A stretch of DNA of 64,000 bases from Mytilus edulis (taxonomy: Eukaryota): contig NC_092348.1 in the NCBI RefSeq assembly GCF_963676685.1, positions 12,214,001-12,278,000 on the forward strand, read 5' to 3'. The notes below the pieces were generated by a model. The model was not told the DNA's origin. It did no database searches and saw only the letters and a program-made list of their open reading frames with translations. Of this stretch, positions 30,001 to 41,131 are shown piece after piece. Positions within the stretch are counted from its first letter, which is position 1, and every line of letters begins with the position of its first letter. A program made the translations under genes and the position numbers.

Positions 30001-33000
30001 TGGGTTTCTTCCCTCTTGACACACAATTATTTGTTGACGAAACAAATATAATCGTCATGCCAATAAAACAATTTCGTTTATATAAAAAATAATAACTTTT
30101 GTTTGTATAATATCATGACATTTTTACAGCTTTTACCATACCTCGTCATGGACGTTTTAGGGAAGATTTATGGGCTACCTGGATTGTTTGTTTCTTGCAT
30201 ATTCAGTGCGTCTCTAAGGTATGGAAACTTTCTGATTTACATACAAGCCAAGATAAATCATGACTAACATAGAAGTATAACGACATAAAAAAACTAGAAA
30301 GAAAACAGCAAGACCCTACTAAACATTATAATGTACTACCAGAGGTCCATTACTTGAGTAATGATTTGACAACATATTGTATCATTAAGGTTCAATCATG
30401 GTTACGGGATAGTTTCAAGGGACCCGAAAATTTCTATTTTAACAAAACATTTCAACAACTACTTTACAAGACCTACAATACAATAAGATGCATAGCAGAT
30501 GTCTCTTCGTTTTGTTACAATTATCTAGTGGAATATACATGTGCTCTATACCTTCCTTTTTTTCTAGCATAAATTAGATTAGCGACACATTTTTTGAGTA
30601 TATTGAAATCATATTTACCTTTATATTTATTTGATTTTTTGGGATTTGTTCAAGACCACCACATATTTATACCTTGAATTTCGAGACGGATATCACGAGA
30701 AGAGAAGCCAATGCTGTAGGTTTAGATTGGAACATGCAATTTTACTTATATTTTATAATGTATGAGGGGGTATACCAGTGCGTTATATAATACCATATGT
30801 TACACAGTCTGCTCTATTGAATGTGTTTATTTATTCGAGGATTACTATTTTGTATTTTTTTAACAGGCAATTTATTGCAAAAATCTGAAACCCTCATATA
30901 TCGCACTCTACCTGGTTCTTACATAGAGCTGTACATAAATATATATTTTTTATTGTCGTGTATACGTGTTTTAAACGAGCTCATGTTTTTCTGATTTTTT
31001 TTTGTTTTTTATTACATGGAAATTGTGTTGTTTTTTCTTTGTAGCACAGTATCGTCAGGAGTGAATGCATTAGCTCTAGTTCTTATTACCGACATCTTAA
31101 AACCACTGTACAAATACCTCAAGCATCGAGACATGGACGAAGCTGTTGCAACTACGTTGTCTAAAGTAGCTGCACTGTTTTATGGTCTGCTTACAATTGG
31201 TTTAGCATTCCTGGCCCAGTATTTTGGAAGTCTAATTGTTGTAGTTGGTTTAAGTATTTCTGGTATGGTTGGAGGGCCATTACTTGGACTATTTACATTG
31301 GGTTTTTTCTTCCCATGTACAAATTCTTTGGTAAGTGTTGGTAAATTATATGTTTATGTTATATGTTAATGATTTTAAATAAAAATTTAAAGACATATAA
31401 AGTCTGTTGATTTGTTATTTAATTTTTTTAACCATGATTCATATATATTATATACAGGTTTTGTATATCCATAATTAATTTTTCTCTTAAACATTTTATT
31501 TCCCTTAATTCCCTTAAAAGTCTCCCTATTGGCTTGGCATATTTACTTTGAACAGAGATAACGACTGCTCTGTCTACTCTGTTTTGTTTAATCTTTAATA
31601 GTTTTGGTATGTCATGTTGAAGAGAAAAAAACTTATAGAATTTTTTAATGCTTTTTTAAAATGTAGTATATATTTCGATATCTTCAAAAATGTAATAGAA
31701 ATACTAGGTCACCGATCTTGTTTTGAGACTACGGGTTATGAAAAAAAGACAGTTTGTATGAATTACACAGGAAAACATCTATATTTGAATAGAAGGTAAT
31801 TGATTAATTAAATTTTGAAATAAAATATGGCAAGATACATGTAGCTTTTACTAAATCCTTTTAGAATATGAAAAGAAAAATTGGGGTGTCCGTACGTTTT
31901 TTTATGTTCTGCTATTTCAAAAATCTAAGATGGCGGAAGACTCACATACCACCTCAATACTCATATATCTTGAACTAACAAGATGGAGAAAATGACATAA
32001 TATAATATGTACAATCTTATAGAATGTCCCTTACAACCTCTAGCGTACTACCAGTTTTAGTTTTCATACGTACTTACAGGGTGCGACTGTAGCGGTGCTA
32101 TGCAGTTTGTCATTTTCGTCTTGGTTGGCTATTGGAAGTGTTGTCAACATGTCTGGCCCAGCACCAACGTCATGTTTATCGTCTGGTAACAGTACAATAC
32201 TAAATGACACAGTATTTAGCACGACGACTATGATATTTAACTTAACATCGGATATATCCATTGGAAATAATATAGAAAAGTACATATAAGTTAATAGCTC
32301 TTGATTTATTTTTCTATCAGTTTGGACCTACTCCATCAGATTTATGTTAACGTCAAAATGAAGACAATTATTCCCGTATTTGGTTTAGGTTTCTGTGAAT
32401 CGGGTCGCCATTATTTAAACTAGCAAAAAATTATAAAATGTTATAAAGTTGAGAATGGAAATTGGAAATGCGTCAACGAGACAAAAACCCGATCAAAGAT
32501 TAGAAAACATTACAATTCCACCAATGGGTCTTCAACACAGTGAGAACATCCCGCATCCGGAGGCATGCTTGAGGTCGCTGCATAAGAAAACCCCCAAAAA
32601 ACACTAAACTATATGTTTTATTATACATAGTTTTTATTAACTTTTAATACATCTTTTAAGGACTTTATTAATATAAAGATTGAAACGCATATGTAACATA
32701 TATATATATCATATGAGGTAACTGTTATAATGCGATAATGTTTTTACATTTTAGGTCCGACCTGCAGACATTTTACAGCATTTCATATCTATATTATAGT
32801 CCACTGGCCGTGATAATAGCCGTCATTGTAGGACTACTAGTCAGTTGTTTGACAGGTAAACGTTACACTAAGAATTAATGAAAGGCCAGAATTATTTGAT
32901 TATTCTCTCACTAAATAATTCAAAATTGTGTGACTATGTTGATCGCATCTATCCCATCGAACTTGAGATCAAAGATGCAACAGAAACAGTGAAGTCGACC

Positions 33001-35837
33001 TCATTTCTTGACCTACATCTAAAAATTTAAAAGAAGGTCGGTTTAAAATAAAGCTTGACGACAAAAGAGATGATTTCAGCTTCACAATTGTAAAATTTCC
33101 ATTTCTGCGTAGCAACTATCCACAGCAGCGCCTGCATACGGAGTATATAATCTCCCATGAAGTTATTACGATATTTCCGGGCTTGTATTTCCTATCAACA
33201 ATTCCTTGTTAGTGGGTTGCTGCTTACGAGGAAGTTATTTAACCAACCGTTTCAAGAATAGTGGTTGAAATGTCCCTTTGTAAATAATGTTACGAACGCC
33301 ATCTTAAGTTGGTTTGATCCCAGTTGTGAGTATATATTACGTTACCAAGTGACGCGTCAGTATGTGAGTCTTTGTCTAGTCCTTGAAAACTAAAACAAAA
33401 AAGTTAAAAAAACAATACTTTATAAAAGAGGGGCGAAAGATATCATGGCAGAGGGACAGTTACAATCATAGATCGAAAACAAACTGACAACGCAATGGCT
33501 ATCAGTTGCAAGCGTCTGAATCATTTGTCTGAATTCACGTTCACTTGTAACGTCGTTCAAATTCAAATAGTTTGAAGCTAATGCTATATAAATACCAAAA
33601 CAGCTGAAGAGCTTTATTCCAAAAAGGACATAAATAACAAAAATCCATCTGAGGTCAACATTCTTAAAGATTTTCAATAAAATTCTATTTCTACTGCCAA
33701 ATATATTAAAACTTGCAAGTAAATCTTTGTTACAGAAATATAAGTTACGGCTTCATGGTGATGTCATAAATATTAAGCATCTGAATTATCTGTTAAAATA
33801 TTTCGGTTGATGTTTGATTGACTTATATCCTTTTCCTTTGTATTTTTAATTTCAAGAGGTCCAAAATTGCCTAGCTTATCAGAACTTCTAAATTGTAATA
33901 ATATATTTATTGATAAAAGATTTCAGCACAGAAGGAATCATTATAAATAGTTTGATTAACAATGATTAAGCAATGATCAGTGAAAACAAAATATTAATTT
34001 GAAAATATGTAAATCTTTAGTTTTGCATGAAAATAAAAAATACTTTCTATATTTCAAGGCGGCACGAGAAAAAATCCTGTGGATAAAAGATTACTATCCC
34101 CATTGTACCATTCTATAGCTTCTCTGTCAAATATACATACACAAGATAAAATTAACATGATTAAGGTAAGTTAACGTTAAAACATAGTTTTGTGTTATGT
34201 TAAATAATTTCTTTACTACGAATTAATAAAAATCCTTTTTTAAATGTTGTATGTCAAAAGCCCTGTTCTTCATATACCCTTTTCAAGAATGCTATATTCA
34301 AACACATTTGAAAGTCCATACGGTCTATGACAAAAAAAAGACGTAACTAATTAGCTTAAGCCATTTTAGGTAAACTGTGCCTTACAGATTACGAACCTTA
34401 CTTTTTGACAATTTCATAATCTAAATTTAACGAACAATCTAGGGATAGCTGAAATACATAAAAAAGTGATAAAGCAATCTGTGCTTATACTTGAATTTGC
34501 CGCCGTACTTGATAAGTCTTTTGAATACGAAAAACGTCTAGCGTACAAAATTGTAAACCTGTTTATTTGATCTATGCATTAAACGGTACACAATACTATG
34601 CAATTTTATGAAGTACTGCAGCATGTTTGTCCATTTTCATTTTGAGTTAAGCACTTTAAATGTTGCAAATGTTAGACAATAAAAGTAAATCTGTAAATGT
34701 CACTCTGGTATTTTTAATCACGTTTTTTTCTCTCTTTTTCATCACTTTAAATTTAATTTTTAGTTGAATGTTTCGAACAAAGAGACAAATAATATTAACG
34801 GAGATCTCAAAGAAAAAGACAATAACGGCTTTGTCAATACAGAAAAGGCAAGTCGACTTTAAGGTAGGTTGTGTGACTGTTCCGCACGTTATCATACCAC
34901 AGTTTCCCTCAAAAAAAGTGACACACATGATATCCAGATTCAATTTGGAGTTTAGTATGTCATTCATTATCACTGAACTAGTATATATATTTGTTTAGGG
35001 GCCACCTAAAGGACACCTCCGTGTGCGGGAATTTCTCGGTGCATTGAAAACCTGTTGGCGACCTTCTGCTGTTGTTTGTTCTATGGTCGGTTTGTTGAAT
35101 CTTTGACACATTCCCCATTTCCATTCTCAATTTTATTTTATCAAGAATAACAACAATATATAAAAAAGAAGATGTGGTATGATTGCCAACGAGACAACTA
35201 TCCACAAAAGACCAAAATGACACAGACATTAACAACTATAGGACACCGTACGGCCTTCAACAATGAACAAAGCCCATACCGCATAGTCAGCTATAATAGG
35301 CCCCGATAAGACAAATGTAAAACAATTCAAACGTGAAAACTAACGGCCTTATTTATGTAAAAAAATGAACGAAAAATAGTACACAAATATATTAAGTTGT
35401 GAGCAAACGACCTTCAGCTTTGCAGAAGTATCCTTCAAAATGCGAGTGTGCACTAAACGCACATTTAGTTGTAAAACAACTTGTCGTATAAAATATTAAT
35501 ATCAAAATTGATTTAAAACACATTCAAAATTTAAATACTAGTATCAGAAATTTGATATATATTAACTTTTTGATAAATCACATTCATTAAAAACTATACG
35601 AAACAAGAGGCTCAATTTGATTTAAACTGTTTCTCTCCATGCTCTATAATTTATGAAGAAAAACACAAAAGAAAAAGGACGAAACGAAACGACAATTGAC
35701 AACACACTTAATACAGAACAACAAATTAACAATTTAAATAAAATGTTATTTAAGTAAGGTATGATAAATAATGTGAAGATTTATTATATGTTTTCATTGA
35801 TTTGACACAGGACATGAAGATGATAAAACAAAATTAG
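21757..35837 (+). CDS. Sodium:solute symporter, SLC5A8/SLC5A12/NIS-like, paralogue 2 (~587 aa, 13 coding exons)
   Basis: Exons 21757..22101, 24039..24104, 26651..26702, 27673..27740, 28472..28626, 29091..29231, 29580..29706, 30130..30218, 31045..31330, 32080..32279, 32755..32855, 34059..34165, tentative last exon 35811..35837; total 1764 nt in frame. Motifs FHWADYLIF, LLGDRKMGLVPVTMSLMA, TSAYEYLELRF, YAPALALNQ, GGLKAVMWTDAFQ. Confidence 0.93.
22651..23696 (-). mobile_element. Non-autonomous Helentron-type (HINE) element with ~6 x 166-bp internal array
   Basis: Sub-terminal inverted pair cgctcacctgac (~22679) / gtcaggtgagc (~23681); imperfect hairpin aggctctcaagagact at the left end; aaagtaacaacacttggtcagca recurs every ~166 bp (22740, 22906, 23073, 23240, 23406, 23572). 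Confidence 0.85.
24850..26169. mobile_element. Non-autonomous TIR element (~1.3 kb) with a second inner inverted-repeat pair
   Basis: Perfect 23-bp TIR agtattatattgacaggaactac / gtagttcctgtcaatataatact; inner pair atctgcgatgccgc (~24896) / gcggcatcgcagat (~26036). Confidence 0.75.
26365..26516. repeat. Imperfect ~150-bp palindrome (foldback end of a non-autonomous element)
   Basis: ggaatgactgta..tctgtctat..aaaatgtggtggacact / agtgtgcaccacatttt..atagacaga..tacagtcattcc. Confidence 0.75.
26986..27060. repeat. (GATT)n microsatellite
   Basis: Directly visible gattgattgatt run. Confidence 0.95.
27138..27368. mobile_element. Tourist/PIF-Harbinger-type MITE, 231 bp, TAA TSD
   Basis: taa|gggacgacatcaaaag ... 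cttttgatgtcgtccc|taa; imperfect TIR extends ~40 bp; internal poly-C runs. Confidence 0.88.
32900..33312 (+). mobile_element. Degenerate Penelope-like reverse transcriptase fragment
   Basis: Homologous to the RT at 50135..50990 (DRIYPIELEIKDATETVKS.., DDKRDDFSFTIV, AAPAYGVY) with frameshifts. Confidence 0.85.
34930..35377. repeat. Adjacent dispersed repeat families C (34930-35135) and B (35161-35377)
   Basis: C: tgacacattccccatttccattctcaatttt, also at ~5985-6077, 14490-14535, 32448-32570. B: gatgtggtatgattgccaa..gagacaact, also at ~8035, 13200, 20420, 28160, 59635, 60650. Confidence 0.8.
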
Positions 35838-36941
35838 GATTATGCCAGAATTGACGAGATTTTTTTAATTGGAATACGTAGCATAGGAACCTGCTACCTA
35901 ACTATATAGAATGTGAACTTAAGTGAAGAAGACTGTGAACAATATTTTTCCATTGACAACATTAAACATTATTAATATATTTGGATTTTTAAAGGATTAC
36001 CCAAAATCTTCATAAGATTTCGAAAAATTTTAAAGTATTGGTATCACAGTTAATAGTTTCTTTACACTAATCGACAATGTACATCTTAAATAAAAATTTA
36101 CTGTTATTATGTTTATCTTATTTCGATTTTTTTGCGATATACGTCATCGATTTAGAGATAAATAAATAAAAAGTACCAACCATGTTCTAAACTCTAGGAT
36201 TTTTAAATGATCGTTAATGAAATTAAAAACGAAATACAAAAAAAAGAAGTATTATGTAATGAAATTAAGCAACCAGTGGCTTCTAAATGGATGCTTGATT
36301 TAGTTTCATGTTAAATTCTGTCTTGATTAAAGAACATCATACTAATATGAACTATGCCGAAGAGATGCTTGCTTATTTCATAGCTCAGCAATCAAATTTT
36401 GCAAAAACTTCAAGTATAGTGCCAAAGACAAGAATAAACCAATAAAAATATGGGACAGTGTATAAAATGTAGTTAATAAAATGAAAATAAAATTAAAACA
36501 AAGAATTACCATCAATTATACTCAGTCTATTGTGATTCCGACAGGCACAACAACAAGTTGCCGGTTATACATATCTAGTTTTCAATACTCCATACTTACT
36601 CGATTAATGCTATTCAGTTTATTTTTGCAGGAGAATTTCAATGAATACCCTGTTCATTTTAAAAGAACTAAAATACTTTTAAAATATTGCACTAGACAAG
36701 ATGAACATGCATACTTGTATTCTACCCCACAAGACGTAGAATATTATTGTATCATTTATCTGTTTAATTATGCGGCTGTTGCTGTCTAAAAGATGAAGAT
36801 TGATATTTAGACTGCAAAATTCCTCTTGCCACAGTTTCACAGTGCAACATATGTGGTTACAATGTCTATCAATATTTCGTTTGTTTCTATATGTAGAATG
36901 AAATTCAAAACAGTGTGGCTGTGGCCATTGATTGACACATT

Positions 36942-37292
36942 AAATTCATCCTTTGACTGGGACAATTTAGGTGAACGTTTGTATGTAACGACCACTACTC
37001 ACTATGTACTTTTTAAAGACACTAAAACTATGGGGTCACCAAAGGTTCTCAACACCTTAATAAAGTAATTCTAAAAATTAATCAGAAATAACACGATGTT
37101 TTGATTTATATCAATTATATAAATCAAAACATAAAGGTTATTCCTGATTAATTATTCGAATTATTTTATAATTAAAGGCGTTAAGAAACCTTTGATGACC
37201 CCATAGTTTAAGTGTCTTTAAAAAGTACATAGTGAGTAGTGGTCGTTACATACAAACGTTCACCAAAATTATCCCAGTCAATGGATGAATTT
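36942..37292. mobile_element. Foldback MITE-like palindrome (~150-bp arms, ~45-bp spacer)
   Basis: aaattcatcc..gtgaacgtttgtatgtaacgaccactactcactatgtactttttaaagacact is mirrored as agtgtctttaaaaagtacatagtgagtagtggtcgttacatacaaacgttcac..ggatgaattt. Confidence 0.85.
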
Positions 37293-38309
37293 GATTTAAC
37301 TAAAAACAGAAAATTCTTAACCATAGCAGAATTGAAAACCCTCTGATTAAGGGAAATTTTTCTAAAAGTACTGTTACATGCATTATTGTATTATGGTTTC
37401 TAAAATCGAGATTACTAGATAGTATTGGGAAGTACAAAAAGTATACGAACGTTATTGAGTAATGACTCTTTGTACACGCAAATCATAGTGAATCATAATT
37501 ATATGTTATCAGTCGTTTATAGAAAACAAACCTAAAGTTTAAGTTTTTATTTCAATCGCGAACTAGTTAATTGGTTATGATAGCCAATAGCTTAATGTGA
37601 TCCGATAAAATGGTTGATTGCAGTTAACTGTAAACAAAAATAAATCGCTCATTAGTTAAACAATCAGTATTTCGGTAGTATAACTACTTTATCAGGTTCG
37701 GACGGAGGTTTGTGTCTGTCAAACGATTAAATTTATTGTATTTGTCTGCACCTGTCCGAATTCAGGAATATGTTGTTCACTGGTTGTCGTTTGTTGATGT
37801 GGTTAATATGTGGATTTTTTATATTATAGATTAGACCGTTGGTTTTCCTGTTTAAACTCTTTGCACCAGTCATTTTGAACCCGTTCTAGCCTGCTGGTCT
37901 GTATGCGTCAAAGTTCCGTGTTAAAGACTGTACTTTTACCTAACCTATAATTGTGACCTTTTACACATTGTGACATCATGGATGGAGAGTTGTACCAATG
38001 TCATTCAAACCATATCTTATCATTTTTATTATAATGAAGAGGTTTTGATCATACACTTTAAAATGTTGGTTTTGAAGAATTTGAGTAGATTAACGAAGAG
38101 GGTTTGTCAAAACTAATTTGTTGTAAGCACGTATATGACAGAAATAAACGTTTTACTCAATCCTCGAATTGACCATCTCCAAGGTAGTCCTTGCTAAAAT
38201 ATATACATCATAGTGTGTCTGTTAGTTTCTAGAAAGGAAAGTGAAATAAAGCTACAACTTTTTAATATGAAGTTTGAGATTGCATGTTAGTTACCGAAGC
38301 TCGTCATTG

Positions 38310-39370
38310 TTTTTGTCGAGCCTGCGACTTTTGTCGCAGAAAGCTCGACATAAGAATAGTGATCCGGCGTCGGCGGCGTTAGCTTACTTCTTAAAAGCTT
38401 TATATTTTAACAGGTGGAAGTCCTGGATGCTTTATACTTTGTATATCGATACCTCATATTACGAAGTGTCAGTCAGTCACTGTCCAATGTCCATGACCTC
38501 ATTTTCAAGGTTTAGCGACTACTTGAAAAAAAAGTTAAGATTTTTTGTAATGTTAAATTCTCTCTTATTATAAGTAATAAGATAACTATATGTGCGTACC
38601 TTGCAAGGTCCTCATGCCTGTCAGACAGTTTTCACTTAACCTCTACCTCATTTCATGGATCAGTGAACAAGGTGAAGTTTAAGTGGTCAAGTCCATATCT
38701 CAGATGCTATAATCAATACGTCTTGTATATTCGGTGTATGGAAGGACTGGCAGGTGTCAACTGACCTTGACCTCATTTTCATGGTTCAGTGGTCAAAACT
38801 ATTTTTTGAGTTTTGGTCTGTTTTTTTCTAATACTCTTTGCAATAGGTCTACTATATTTGGTGTATGGAATGATTTTAAGGTGAACATGTCTAGCTGGCA
38901 GGTGTCATCTGACTTAGACCTTATTTTCATGGTTCAGTGGTCTACGTTAAGTTCTTGAGTTTGATATATTTTTTCTTATACTATAAGCAATGGGTCAACT
39001 ATATTTGGTGTATGGAAATATTTTATGATCTATAGGTCAGATGCGAAGGTTTGATTTAGACCTTGGCCTTATTTTCACGTTTCATTGCACAGTGTAAAGT
39101 TTTGGTATTTTGGTTTGTTTTACTTAAACTATAAGCTATAGTTAAACTATATTTGTTGTATGGAATAATTTTTAGCTGTACATGCCTGCCTGGTATGATT
39201 TATCCTACCTTGACCTCATTTTCATGGTTCATTTGTCAATGTTTAGTTTTCTTGGTTACTGTTTAGTTTATGTGACAGTTGTAAAAAGTTAAGCTTTATA
39301 TTTAGGACTATCAAAATAATATCAATGACTAGTAAAGAAGGCGAGACATTCAGCGTGTGCACTCTCGTTT
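38310..39370 (+). mobile_element. Helentron-type (HINE) element with degenerate ~155-bp internal repeats
   Basis: 5' tttttgtcgagc..gctcgaca inverted pair, short GGC/GTC repeat, recurring gaccttgacctcattttcatggttca, 3' aggcgagaca plus weak hairpin. Confidence 0.65.
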
Positions 39371-39736
39371 ATATCATGTGGTGTTTGTGTTTGAAAGAAT
39401 ATGTTCATTATTGTTCTGCGGTTTGAATGTTGTGTCGACAATTATCTTATTTGTTCTTGCGTTTCCCTGTGATAAATATTCATGCGTGTGTATGTGCTGT
39501 ATTTCTATCACGTAGTGTTGTCATTTTATCGATATCTTTTATCATTGTCATAAAGCGGGAGACTTGGCTAGCCATTAAATCAGATTCAACCCACCATTTT
39601 TTATTTGAATGTCCTATACTAAATAAGGAATGTTATTAAATAGTTTGTTTCTATATATGTAGGCGTTTGATTTTGTTGCACTTCATTATTCCTGTTGATC
39701 CTTTGTTTTCCTCTTATTGTTGATGTTTTCATCTCG

Positions 39737-40876
39737 TTTTTATACGCCCGGGACGGGACGTATTATGGTATACCGTTGTCCGTCCGTCTGTCCGTCCGTC
39801 CGTCCGTCCGTCCGTCTGTCCGTCCGTCGTCCACACTTCGGACAATAACTCAAAAACACCTTCATCAATTTCCATGAAACTTAAGTGAATTGTTTATATC
39901 TATTGACGTAAGCTCCCTTTCGTTTTTTTTTAATTTCAGATTTTAAGTTTTTGATTTATGGGGCTTTATTCATAAAAAAAGGGGGAATTTTCAACACTTC
40001 GGACAGTAACTCAAAAAGGCTTTCACCAATGTCCATGAAACTTTGGTGAATTGTTTATATCTATTGACGTAAGCTCCCTTTCGTTTTTTTTAATTTCAGA
40101 TTTTAAGTTTTGGATTTATGGGGCTTTATTCATAAAAAAAGGGGGGATTTTCAACACTTCGGACAATTACTCAAAAAGGCTTTCACCAATGTCCATGAAA
40201 CTTTGGTGAATTGTTTATATCTATTGATGTAAGCTCCCTTTCAATTTTTATAAATTTCAGATTTTAAGTTTTGGATTTATGGGGCTTTATTCATAAAAAA
40301 AGGGTGATTTTTAACACTTAGGACAATAACCCAAAAAGGCTTTCACCAGTGTCCATGAAACTTTGGTGAATTGTTTATATCTATTGATGTACGCTCCCTT
40401 TTAATTTTTATAAATTTCAGATTTTAAGTTTTGGATTTATGGGGCTTTATTCATAAAAAAAGGGTGATTTTTAACACTTCGGACAATAACTCAAAAAGGC
40501 TTTCACCAATGTCCATGAAACTTTGGTGAATTGTTTATATCTATTAATGTAAGCTCCCTTTCAATTTTTATAAATTTCAGATTTTACATTTCCGTGTTAT
40601 GAATTTTTATGCTTAAAAAGGGGGGGATTTTTCCAATTTTGGGACTATAACTAACACTTTCACAAAATTTTATGTATGGATGAAAAATTAAGAAAACAAA
40701 CTTAGTTAAATTTGAGGTAGCCTTAATAGTGCCAATTTTTTTGTGCATTTTTATTTATTATTTGTATTTGACAGGGCTCACACTATTTCTAGTTGATCAT
40801 ATAAATTCATTTAAAGCATAAAAGACAAGTTAAAAGAGCAACGGGCGTATCATGCGCCTAAGCGCAGCCCTTTATT
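39737..40876 (+). mobile_element. Helentron-type (DINE-1/HINE-like) element with (GTCC)n and ~5 x 160-bp array
   Basis: 5' tttttatacgcccg sub-TIR, (gtcc)n at 39777-39830, acacttcggacaataactcaaaa at ~160-bp period, 3' cgggcgtat sub-TIR and tgcgcctaagcgca hairpin. It interrupts, at a T run, a repeat seen uninterrupted at ~6606-6690. Confidence 0.9.
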
Positions 40877-41131
40877 AGTTTGTATCCCGGATTTGCTTTC
40901 TCTCAATCAATGTGTGACTAATGAACACCGGTTTATTCGAATTACAAACCCTTATTATGAACTAAGATGAAACCGGATATATTTCTGTGCTATGAATGTT
41001 TCAACAGTTTCATGCACTGAGATTTTAAAATTTTGGTTATATTCACAATGAAGACAATTTTTTAAGTTCTATGTATACTGTTTGTGCATGCTCGTTTAAA
41101 GCGTTTTACATCAATGTTTATAAAAATGATT

